From Candidatus Woesearchaeota archaeon (GTDB lineage Archaea > Nanobdellota > Nanobdellia > SCGC-AAA011-G17 > GW2011-AR20): a DNA stretch of 64,000 nt. This document shows, piece after piece, positions 19,521-27,795 of the stretch (positions are counted from its first letter, which is position 1; each line of letters starts with the position of its first letter). The stretch covers positions 14,618 through 78,617 of the forward strand of contig CAYHTT010000001.1 in NCBI GenBank assembly GCA_964359725.1, given 5' to 3'. The position numbers and the translations under genes were made by a program. Below the pieces are notes generated by a model. That model did not search any database. It worked only from the letters and a program-made list of their open reading frames with translations, and was not told where the DNA came from.

Positions 19521-19575
19521 TGTATGTGGAACGGACCATAACCTAATGTATATAAATAAGTTCTGACTTCAAGGA

Positions 19576-20079
19576 ATGATGTTAAGAATAATATTAGATA
19601 CAAACATTTATGGTTTCTTAATAAAAGAGAAAAATATTGATGACTTAAATAAAAAATTAAAAGAAAATAAAGATTTAAAGATCTTTGGTTATAAAGTTAT
19701 AAAAGAAGAGCTTAGAGATGTTCCTAAGAAACAAAAATTAGGGGATCATAAGTTAAGAACATTGTTAATTAATCTGTATTCCGATTTAATAAAAGAGCAG
19801 TATGGCAGATCTACAGAAATTAAAAAATTAGCAGAAGAATATTATAAAGAATTCAAAAGATTAGGTGGTAAAAGAGCATTTGGTGATTTAAAAAATGATT
19901 TTGAAATAGTTGCCTGTGCTTCCATCCATGATTTGGATATTATAATATCTGATGACGAGAAGACACTAAAGGGTAGAATAGCCTTAAGGTGTTATGAGAA
20001 TATAAATCTAAAAAACCACCTAAAAGTACCAAATTTTTATGGTTATGAAGATTTAAAGAAAAAAATTATTGGGTTGTAA
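19576..20079 (+). CDS. PIN-domain (VapC-like) ribonuclease
   Basis: IILDTN, EEL, ND-EIVACA and IISDD acidic active-site motifs. Confidence 0.85.
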   Translation: MMLRIILDTNIYGFLIKEKNIDDLNKKLKENKDLKIFGYKVIKEELRDVPKKQKLGDHKLRTLLINLYSDLIKEQYGRSTEIKKLAEEYYKEFKRLGGKRAFGDLKNDFEIVACASIHDLDIIISDDEKTLKGRIALRCYENINLKNHLKVPNFYGYEDLKKKIIGL

Positions 20080-20182
20080 GCTTAATAAATTTATTAACCT
20101 CTCTAATAAAATTAGGATCTTTTTGGGCCTCTTTAATAGCCCTTATTAATTCCCCATTTGACATTTTTTTTGTTTTTTTCAT
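20066..20182 (-). CDS. 38-aa small protein convergent with the PIN gene (antitoxin candidate)
   Basis: Manual translation MKKTKKMSNGELIRAIKEAQKDPNFIREVNKFIKLTTQ*; preceded by GAGGTGAT and GGGGGAG SD-like motifs. Confidence 0.6.
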   Translation of the reverse strand: MKKTKKMSNGELIRAIKEAQKDPNFIREVNKFIKLTTQ

Positions 20183-20378
20183 TTTAGACTCCCCCGACTA
20201 TCACCTCTTAATCTTTCAAATCAAAAAATCACCCATTTTTGCCCTTCCCATAAGAGCAAAATATCCATCGGTCAACCCCCTTCCCTTTTGGATATTAAAA
20301 CTATATAAATACGATATAAGTACTATATAAATATTACTTTTAGCAACTTTTATTAATATCTTTATTCTATAAATTTTA

Positions 20379-21053
20379 ATGAAAATAAAAGAAATTCCCT
20401 GGTTTAATCGCCCTGGATTTAAATTAACTAGGAATGGTGTAAGTTCTTTAGATAGTGCAGAATTGTTATCTATTATTTTTGGAATAGGTAATGAGAAAGA
20501 AAGTGCTTTAGAATTAAGTAATAGATTACTAAAAAAATATAACTTAAACAAACTAGAATATTTAGGGTTAGACGAATTAAAAAAAGAATGTAATAATGAT
20601 ATAACTAAAGCTCTTAAAATTCTTAGTTTAATTGAACTAAGTAAAAGATACAATAAATTGATGAAAGGGGGTTATAATAGCAAAATTATAAGCAACGCTA
20701 AAGATGTATATGACATGTTTGTAGATGAGATGAGAAGCTATAGGAAAGAGGTTTTGAAGATTGTTTTGTTGGATACTAAAAATAAGGTTATTAAGGTTAA
20801 TGAGGTTTCTGTTGGGACTTTGAATAATTCATTAATACATCCTAGAGAAGTGTTTAAAGAGGCAATTAAGGAAAGTGCTTATTCTGTAATGTTGGTCCAT
20901 AATCATCCATCAGGGAATCCAGAACCAAGTAAAGAGGATATTGAAATGACAAAGAAAATTATTAATGCCGGAAAACTTCTTGGCATATTAGTTTTAGATC
21001 ATGTTATTATTGGAAACGACAGATATTGGAATTGGTTAGACAATCAATTTTAA
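20379..21053 (+). CDS. radC: RadC/JAB (UPF0758) family protein
   Basis: LDSAELL, HPREVF, HNHPSG-PEPS-ED and LDHVIIG motifs. Confidence 0.95.
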   Translation: MKIKEIPWFNRPGFKLTRNGVSSLDSAELLSIIFGIGNEKESALELSNRLLKKYNLNKLEYLGLDELKKECNNDITKALKILSLIELSKRYNKLMKGGYNSKIISNAKDVYDMFVDEMRSYRKEVLKIVLLDTKNKVIKVNEVSVGTLNNSLIHPREVFKEAIKESAYSVMLVHNHPSGNPEPSKEDIEMTKKIINAGKLLGILVLDHVIIGNDRYWNWLDNQF

Positions 21054-22910
21054 TTCTTTAGCTTTATTTTTAAAATATTCTTCAGTATCCTTATTCATAA
21101 AAAAAACAAATATGCCTTTGTGTGCTCTTGTTAAGAGAACCCTATAAATATTTTTAAGATGTTGAACAAATTCATCATTTCCTCTTTTAGCCATATTATC
21201 ACAAGAATTTTCTGGTTTTGCATACCAACTTTTATGTTTTTTATCCCATACTAAATCATTTCCAAATATAATACCCATATAATCAAATTCAAATCCTTGA
21301 GAAGTATATACAGTTCCTATTTGCTTCATACCAGAATCATCTGTAGCCCATTTCCAAAATACCTCTTTGTTCTCCCAAGGCATTTCAAAATCTCCTATCT
21401 TAACATCATTAACAAGAGACCCGTCTGTATTTGGTTTACTCCAAGGCCAACAAAAACCTGCAGTCAATCTTGCAGAATTTTTCTTTTCTTTATTTTTTTC
21501 GTCAATTATCTTTTTAAGTTCATGAGGTGAACTAACAATTTTAAATTCCATTTTAGTTTCTTTATCAGGTTCAATATCAGTACCTTCTTTTATCCCCAAT
21601 ATTTTTTCAATTTTTTCCAAATAACTCCCAGAACCGCCACATCTAAATTGAGTTTTAAGTTCTGGTAATTCATATACTTTTGCATTGAATTTTTTTGCAG
21701 CTTCTTTAATAAGGTCAACACTTCCTGTTTCTGTTGGTCTAACAACTTGTTGTTCATCTATGAAGAAGAGAGATAATTTTGCTGATCTAATTAATTCATT
21801 TATTTGTGGTTCTCCAGTTCTTAGATGCTTTGGCGTATATATACTTTCGCTTGTTTTTCTTATTCTATGTGCTTCATCACAAATGATAACATTTATTCCA
21901 TTTTCTTTATACTTTGATTGATCAACAAAACTATTAAAAAATTTGAATTGTTTTGCGGACCTTGTTCCAAGTATCTGCTTTAATGTATTTGTAAATGCTG
22001 ACGAACCTGTAGCATGAACAACATTTACCCCTTTTCTTAGTAATACCCCCATAACTTCTAGCGCAATAACAGATTTTCCCGTTCCCGGACCGCCTTTTAT
22101 AATCATGATAGCCTTTTCTTTAGATTTAGAAATTTGTTTTGCTTTTGTCATGATTGCATTATAAGCTGTTCTTTGTTCATCTATTAAATTAAAAATTTGC
22201 TGTTTATTTATCATTTCACTCGTATGATCCATTAATTTCTTTGAAGGTCGTAAAATACTTATGTTGAATCTTCCAAAAACACCCAATCCCGAATCCGATG
22301 CTAATTTTTCTATAAGAAAATTTCCAAGATTTATCATTTCTTGTTTTGAGAAAATAGGATATTCTTCAAGACATTTCTTAAATTTAGGAAGATATAGAAC
22401 TTCATTGAACCCTTTATTGTAATTATGACAATAAACACATGCACTTAATAATATTTTTGGATTTTCATCAAATACAGTTACAAAATCTTTTAAATACCAG
22501 TAATAACCTTCAGCTTGTGATGAAGGATGTGGAACTTCTCTCCAGCCTTTACCTATAAACGCTCTAATATTTCCTTCATTAAAACTATCTTTTACCGAAT
22601 CGTTAGACCATTGTTTTAATTCAATAATAACAATATTATCATTCCCTTGTTTATCTTTTCCAAATAAAAGAACATCTATTCTTTTTTGTGAATAAGGCAA
22701 TTCATATTCAATAATTATTTTATTTTTATTTAATGGAGTATTTTCTAAAACGGTTTTGACAAAATTTAAAGAGTTTACCCAAGACCTAATTTCTGATGGA
22801 CTTGCTCTTTTTTTGTAATACTCTAAATATTTATTAGAAATTTTATCAGCAACTACATTCTGAGAAACATCTTCTTTGAATTTTTCAACCACATTTTCAT
22901 ATAATCTCAT
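21036..22910 (-). CDS. DUF2075 family protein (nuclease-like N-terminus plus Schlafen-group SF1-like helicase)
   Basis: EYELP..RID...IIELKQW N-terminus; GGPGTGKS, DEAHR, QFRCGG, YTSQGFEFDY and YRVLLTRA motifs. Confidence 0.9.
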   Translation of the reverse strand: MRLYENVVEKFKEDVSQNVVADKISNKYLEYYKKRASPSEIRSWVNSLNFVKTVLENTPLNKNKIIIEYELPYSQKRIDVLLFGKDKQGNDNIVIIELKQWSNDSVKDSFNEGNIRAFIGKGWREVPHPSSQAEGYYWYLKDFVTVFDENPKILLSACVYCHNYNKGFNEVLYLPKFKKCLEEYPIFSKQEMINLGNFLIEKLASDSGLGVFGRFNISILRPSKKLMDHTSEMINKQQIFNLIDEQRTAYNAIMTKAKQISKSKEKAIMIIKGGPGTGKSVIALEVMGVLLRKGVNVVHATGSSAFTNTLKQILGTRSAKQFKFFNSFVDQSKYKENGINVIICDEAHRIRKTSESIYTPKHLRTGEPQINELIRSAKLSLFFIDEQQVVRPTETGSVDLIKEAAKKFNAKVYELPELKTQFRCGGSGSYLEKIEKILGIKEGTDIEPDKETKMEFKIVSSPHELKKIIDEKNKEKKNSARLTAGFCWPWSKPNTDGSLVNDVKIGDFEMPWENKEVFWKWATDDSGMKQIGTVYTSQGFEFDYMGIIFGNDLVWDKKHKSWYAKPENSCDNMAKRGNDEFVQHLKNIYRVLLTRAHKGIFVFFMNKDTEEYFKNKAKELKLIV

Positions 22911-22911
22911 T

Positions 22912-23274
22912 TTATAACTCCGTATATTTCTTATTAGAACCTTTTGCTTTTTTTATAGGATATTTTTCTTCATTCTTTTTTAATTTTTTGTTCAATTCAG
23001 TTGTTAGGTCGATATTATATTTTTGTGCTAATCTTAAAAGAAAATATAAAGCATCTGCCATTTCTTCAGAAATATGCTCTCGCTTTTCTGTGTTTTTAAA
23101 CATCTCTTCAATTTCTTTTTCAGATTTGAATCTAAAATGTTCTAAGAGCTCCGATGATTCCGTTATTATCCCAATGGCTAAATCTTTTGCCCCATGAAAT
23201 GGACCCCAATTTCTATCTTCACAAAATTTTTTAATTTTTTCTTTTAATTCATGAATGTTTGTTTTATCATCCAT
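22912..23274 (-). CDS. MazG-like nucleotide pyrophosphohydrolase
   Basis: FCEDRNW-FH-AKDLA...ESSELLEHF...EEMAD...KNEEKYP; probable ATG at 23274. Confidence 0.92.
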   Translation of the reverse strand: MDDKTNIHELKEKIKKFCEDRNWGPFHGAKDLAIGIITESSELLEHFRFKSEKEIEEMFKNTEKREHISEEMADALYFLLRLAQKYNIDLTTELNKKLKKNEEKYPIKKAKGSNKKYTEL

Positions 23275-23923
23275 TTTCTCTCCAATTGCAAAACACACAA
23301 TCTTTTCCCCTTTCAGGAATTTCTCCTTTTACTATTTCAATTGCTCTTTTAAATAACATTTCAGCATGTTTAACATCCACTTTCATCTTTATTAGTTCAT
23401 TCTTAAATTTAAATTCACCACTTTCCATAACTTGTTCAGGTAAATAAAACAATAAATAAGCATAATCCTCTGTTTCATAACCATTTTTCCTTAATAAAAA
23501 ATTATATATGTTTAATTGATCTTGATAATGATGAGCAGTGTCTTCCTTTAACGCAAATCCTCTTGTCTTGTAATCTATTACAATTAACTTATTTTCTTTG
23601 CTTAATAAATTATCAACTGCTCCATGCAATAAAACATCATTTTCCTTATCATAATATTCTACACCTTTAAGATTATTTCTCCATGTTTTTAATAAATCTT
23701 TATCTGGAAATAATTTAACATCTTTAAGCTCTTTTAATTCAGGTGGTAATTTATTATTATCGCGAAATCTGTCAAAATGTTCTTTAAGCATCTTATCTAC
23801 ACCAGAAGGTAAACTTGGAAATATTCCAGAAGGACGAGGAGTTTTTTTAACAACTTGCAGCCAAAAACATCTAGGGCAATCTTCTATTAAGCTTATTGAT
23901 GAGGGTGAGAGTTTGTAAGTCAT
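23267..23923 (-). CDS. PD-(D/E)XK nuclease, Cas4/AddB-like
   Basis: LSPS...CPR, GAVD, IDYKT, QL-IY and C-terminal CVFC motifs. Confidence 0.88.
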   Translation of the reverse strand: MTYKLSPSSISLIEDCPRCFWLQVVKKTPRPSGIFPSLPSGVDKMLKEHFDRFRDNNKLPPELKELKDVKLFPDKDLLKTWRNNLKGVEYYDKENDVLLHGAVDNLLSKENKLIVIDYKTRGFALKEDTAHHYQDQLNIYNFLLRKNGYETEDYAYLLFYLPEQVMESGEFKFKNELIKMKVDVKHAEMLFKRAIEIVKGEIPERGKDCVFCNWRENG

Positions 23924-23927
23924 TTAT

Positions 23928-24551
23928 TTAATATAATACTTTTAATATTTTAAACCTTTCTCTTATCAAAATAACTATCCAAGCAAAAAAAGCTCCAATC
24001 ATTCCTAATATCATATCTTTTTGAGCATCCCATTGATCCCCCTGCATCCCCAAGAAATTAGTTCCTATAATTTCACTTTTAGTTGTTAATAAAGACAAAT
24101 ATTCAATAACCTCATAAATACCTTTAAGTCCTGTAACAATTAAAAATATTATAAAATATAACCAAAACCCCCTAATCCCAACTTTCTTAGAAATAAATTC
24201 ATAAGCAGGAAAATAAAATATAAAACCAAATATAAAATGAACAAACCTATCATAGTTATTTCTTTCTAAATTAAAATTATCTTTAATTAAATCAAATAAT
24301 GGCACCTCAGTGTAACTAAAATGGCCTCCAATTGCATGCAAAACAAGCAATATAAAAAGCAAACTGTATGTAAAATTAGAGAATTTAAACCTTTTATATG
24401 TTAAAATCAACAAAAATACAAATACAATAGTAAGAATATTCTCATAAGCCCATGCAATCCTATATCTTGGATTAATTGCTAATAATATCCAAATAATCAG
24501 AAATAATACAAGCAAAAATTTAGAATAATCTCCCTTTTTAAAAATCTTCAT
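23928..24551 (-). CDS. DUF2238 inner-membrane protein
   Basis: W-YEN, IGGHFSY-EVP, RNNYDRFVH, YEVIE and QGDQWDAQKDM motifs. Confidence 0.9.
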   Translation of the reverse strand: MKIFKKGDYSKFLLVLFLIIWILLAINPRYRIAWAYENILTIVFVFLLILTYKRFKFSNFTYSLLFILLVLHAIGGHFSYTEVPLFDLIKDNFNLERNNYDRFVHFIFGFIFYFPAYEFISKKVGIRGFWLYFIIFLIVTGLKGIYEVIEYLSLLTTKSEIIGTNFLGMQGDQWDAQKDMILGMIGAFFAWIVILIRERFKILKVLY

Positions 24552-24570
24552 AATTAAACAAGAACTCAAG

Positions 24571-24840
24571 TTAATATAAATTTACCTTATCAACAAGGTG
24601 ATATAATTTATCTTTACCTAAAGCAAAACTGCAAATATATTCTAAATTTGGATGTTTTAAAATAGCACCCTTAACATGTTCATAATCTAAAAACTCAACC
24701 TCTGCATTATAATCAGTTTTAAATCTTTCTAAATCAACTTTACTTACAGGTTCGCCGTTCATTCTATCAAGAAGTTGAGAAATACTAATATTAATATGAG
24801 AAATGCTTGTAACCCCTTTTTCTAAATTTTCCTGTTCCAT
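24571..24840 (-). CDS. Hypothetical protein
   Basis: 89-aa ORF in the same orientation as its neighbours. Confidence 0.5.
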   Translation of the reverse strand: MEQENLEKGVTSISHINISISQLLDRMNGEPVSKVDLERFKTDYNAEVEFLDYEHVKGAILKHPNLEYICSFALGKDKLYHLVDKVNLY

Positions 24841-24895
24841 TTTAAAGTAATCTATGTTTTTTCCAAAATATTAAAAAAATTACTAGAATTTAAAC

Positions 24896-25513
24896 TTAAC
24901 TATTTGAAAAGTTTAAAATTAAATTGCCATCTCTGCTAGGACTCATATAAAACTCACCTTCACCATCTCTAGGGAATAATTTTCTGTATTTAATTTTATA
25001 TAAATGTCTAACAATAAAATTTAAAGCCCTTTCATTAGTAATCCAATCTTGTTCAAATATAGATAAATCAATTTTAGCATAACCCCGTAAAGTTAAATCT
25101 GTTAAATCACTTGTAAAATAATTCCAATAATAAGGATAATAACTCATAACTAAATCCTTAATTGTACGAAATTTTGGTTCTCTTCCAAGCAAATTTTCAT
25201 CCCTTGATTTAGCAACACTACCAAATTTACCATCTTTCTTGTAAATAAATATATTATGATCTAAGTCACGAGCCTCTAAACAAACTATCAATGGTAAGTA
25301 ATTATGCTGGCTTAATATAGCAGCAGCACATAAAGCACCTTCTAAACAATCCGCTTTTTTTTCTCTAACCACCACTCTAAAAGATCTTTCAATTTCACTT
25401 TCATCGTCTAGCCTATATTCTAGCTCATTTACTAAAAAATCTTGTACTTTACTTGGGGTATTTAATTTACTAATTAATCTTAATTCTTTTGAAGTAAAAT
25501 TTGGTTTAAACAT
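24896..25513 (-). CDS. Transglutaminase/cysteine-protease-like hypothetical protein
   Basis: LNTPSKVQDF...DCLEGAL-AAA...DH...GSVAKS...LVMSY, a Cys-His type conserved family. Confidence 0.65.
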   Translation of the reverse strand: MFKPNFTSKELRLISKLNTPSKVQDFLVNELEYRLDDESEIERSFRVVVREKKADCLEGALCAAAILSQHNYLPLIVCLEARDLDHNIFIYKKDGKFGSVAKSRDENLLGREPKFRTIKDLVMSYYPYYWNYFTSDLTDLTLRGYAKIDLSIFEQDWITNERALNFIVRHLYKIKYRKLFPRDGEGEFYMSPSRDGNLILNFSNS

Positions 25514-25564
25514 TTATTTTCATTAATTCATAATATTTTTATACTTATCTTTTATTATACCTTT

Positions 25565-26377
25565 ATGCTTGATAAATTGCAAACTGAATTAAAAATAAGA
25601 GGTTTTAGCCAAAAAACTATAGATTCTTATTTGCTTCATAATAAATTATTCTTAAATTACATTAATAAGCAACCAGAGAATATAGAAGAACAAGATATTA
25701 AAAACTATTTGGCGTATTTAATGGATAAAAATTACAAACCCAGAAGTATAAGCTTAGCTTTAAGTTCATTAAAATTCTTTTATCACAATATTTTAAATAA
25801 AACTATATTAACTAATATTAAAGCTCCTAAACTTGATAAAAAAATACCAACAGTTTTAACAAATGAAGAAGTTAAATCTTTACTTAATGCTTTAACAAAT
25901 ATAAAACATAAGATATTAATTAGTTTAATGCTATCTAGTGGATTAAGAGTTAGTGAAGCTGTTTCTGTAAAAACAGATGAAATTAATTTTAATGATCATA
26001 CTTTAATAGTAAGAAGTGGAAAAGGTAAAAAAGACAGAATTACAATAGTTTCAGAAAAATTATTAGAAGATATTAAAGCATATTTAGCTAAAAGAAAAGA
26101 TAAAAATCCTCATTTATTCCCTATAAGAGATACTCATGTTACAATTAAATTAGCTCAAAAAATAATTAAACAAGCTGCACGTAAAGCAAATTTAAATAAA
26201 CGTATATATTGTCATGCTTTAAGATCAACATTCGCTACAAATTTAATGAATAATGGGGTTAATCTCAGGTTTATACAGAGTTTACTTGGTCATGCTAATT
26301 TAAGTACGACAGAGGCGTATACAAAAGTTAATACAGAAGAACTTAAGAAAATAAAAAATCCTTTAGATTATTTATGA
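25565..26377 (+). CDS. xerA: XerA-type tyrosine recombinase
   Basis: SAM-like N-terminus (LKIRGFSQKT); catalytic GLRVSE, GKGKKDR, HALR, LLGH and TTEAY motifs. Confidence 0.9.
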   Translation: MLDKLQTELKIRGFSQKTIDSYLLHNKLFLNYINKQPENIEEQDIKNYLAYLMDKNYKPRSISLALSSLKFFYHNILNKTILTNIKAPKLDKKIPTVLTNEEVKSLLNALTNIKHKILISLMLSSGLRVSEAVSVKTDEINFNDHTLIVRSGKGKKDRITIVSEKLLEDIKAYLAKRKDKNPHLFPIRDTHVTIKLAQKIIKQAARKANLNKRIYCHALRSTFATNLMNNGVNLRFIQSLLGHANLSTTEAYTKVNTEELKKIKNPLDYL

Positions 26378-26623
26378 TTCTATCTTTTCTTCGAGACTTT
26401 TTTCAAACATTTCAGAAAGTTTTAATGCTAATTCAGAAGTTTCTTTATCATGAACTCTCTTTTTAAATATATTTTCTACAGTTTCCCAAGTATACCCGAG
26501 AGGTAGCCCGTCTATAAAACCCCATTTTTGAGGCATACAATCATTCTCATAAATAAATATTTTCTTTTCTACCGTATTAAGTCTGAATTCATACATATTA
26601 TGACCAATAACGTAAATTGCCAT
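26372..26623 (-). CDS. Hypothetical protein
   Basis: 83-aa ORF convergent with xerA. Confidence 0.5.
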   Translation of the reverse strand: MAIYVIGHNMYEFRLNTVEKKIFIYENDCMPQKWGFIDGLPLGYTWETVENIFKKRVHDKETSELALKLSEMFEKSLEEKIES

Positions 26624-26653
26624 AATATTAAAAATAAAGAAATATTAATAAAT

Positions 26654-26947
26654 TTATTCATTTATTAAATTAAAATCACTAACTAATTTTGCTAAATCTT
26701 TATTACTTCTATTTCTATTTTGAATTTCTTCTAGTATTTCTACTGTAAGTTCACCCTTTCTGATTACCTTTTCTTTATAAAAAACATCAGATAATTCTTC
26801 TATCCCATCTATTTTTTTGTAAGACATGATCCCCCTTATATCATCTTCATTATTACAAATTTGTCTTGATAAATTGGAAAAATCCCCATCAAAATCGTCC
26901 ATATACACTTTAATTAAATTTTTCCATTCGACGTAAACTTTATCCAT
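26654..26947 (-). CDS. Hypothetical protein
   Basis: 97-aa ORF; no motif recognised. Confidence 0.5.
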   Translation of the reverse strand: MDKVYVEWKNLIKVYMDDFDGDFSNLSRQICNNEDDIRGIMSYKKIDGIEELSDVFYKEKVIRKGELTVEILEEIQNRNRSNKDLAKLVSDFNLINE

Positions 26948-27117
26948 TTTTAGGCTATAATAACCCCATTATATGGCATAATAATTAAGAATTTAAAATT
27001 AACTATTTTATAAAAACCAAATCTATATTCGATAAAATACCCATAGATAGATTTATATACTAGTTTATATTAATAATAGCGTCGATATTTACAAAAATAA
27101 TAAGGGGGTGCAAGTCA

Positions 27118-27276
27118 ATGGGAAAAGTAATAGCCCGCAACATCGTCAAACGCAGGAAAGGCTATCTTTACTACGTAGATGGTAAAGGAAATTCTATTTG
27201 TGTCTAAGCAACTAGGACCAGAGATGTCTGCGAAGCAATGATGGCTCGCGGTGGACGAAGAAAAAAGAGGAGATAA
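27118..27276 (+). CDS. Cc1-like small basic chromatin protein, split by a 33-nt BHB-type intron (exons 27118-27190 and 27224-27276)
   Basis: GGGGGTG SD. Spliced product MGKVIARNIVKRRKGYLYYVDGKGNVCEAMMARGGRRKKRR (41 aa) matches the Cc1 pattern KR-xGYLYYVD-xGNV-x-A-MARG. The unspliced frame stops at TAA 27205-27207. Confidence 0.8.
27191..27223 (+). other. Putative mRNA intron with a relaxed bulge-helix-bulge motif
   Basis: Exon helix GGUA/UGUC, central helix AAGG/CCAG, 3-nt bulges AAA and AGA, intron stem UUCUA/UAGGA; canonical cut positions restore the frame. Confidence 0.7.
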
Positions 27277-27300
27277 AACTAACTCCTCATTTTTTATTTT
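27267..27300 (+). terminator. Hairpin plus T-tract terminator after the Cc1-like gene
   Basis: GAGGAG (27267-72) pairs with CTCCTC (27283-88), followed by a T-rich run. Confidence 0.5.
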
Positions 27301-27324
27301 AAAAATAAGAAAATTAATTAGAAA

Positions 27325-27720
27325 TTAAAATCTCTGTGAGAAACCATCGAGTGTTTTATAAGTCATTAGATAATTCTCGCTATACCCTCGACTTTTAAAA
27401 TTCCTCACTAAATCACTAAATTTCCTAAAGAAATTACTTAATTTTGTTTCTAATTCTTCTAAATCATCAGCATATCTTATAATTATAATACTCTCAACTA
27501 AATCATGAGTTAATATTGGTTTATTTCTTGCTTTAACATGATCTCGAATAAAATTAATCAAATCTTGCGTCATTAATTCAGGTTTGCTTAATTTATACTC
27601 TTTTTTTAATAAATCTTTTTCTCCATTTACCGCTATATTAATACTTAAAATAAAACTATCATCATTTCTTTTATAATTATTAATTTTTAGTTCATTTATC
27701 TTTATAGATAAATTTTTCAT
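27325..27720 (-). CDS. Hypothetical protein
   Basis: 131-aa ORF; no motif recognised. Confidence 0.6.
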   Translation of the reverse strand: MKNLSIKINELKINNYKRNDDSFILSINIAVNGEKDLLKKEYKLSKPELMTQDLINFIRDHVKARNKPILTHDLVESIIIIRYADDLEELETKLSNFFRKFSDLVRNFKSRGYSENYLMTYKTLDGFSQRF

Positions 27721-27795
27721 TAATATGATTTAGATTAACATATTAATAAATTTTTCCAATACATTTTTAAACTAAAATTCTAGAAATTACCTTAA

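Noticed and set aside
27205..27207. Stop-codon readthrough or recoding as the explanation for the TAA in the Cc1-like gene
   Set aside because: TAA is the dominant true stop in this window. Readthrough would leave an 11-aa insert in a conserved motif, whereas BHB excision restores it exactly.
27179..27223. Alternative BHB using UGGU/ACCA as the central helix
   Set aside because: Its predicted cuts give an out-of-frame product ending at TGA, and the exon-side helix does not stack after a 3-nt bulge.
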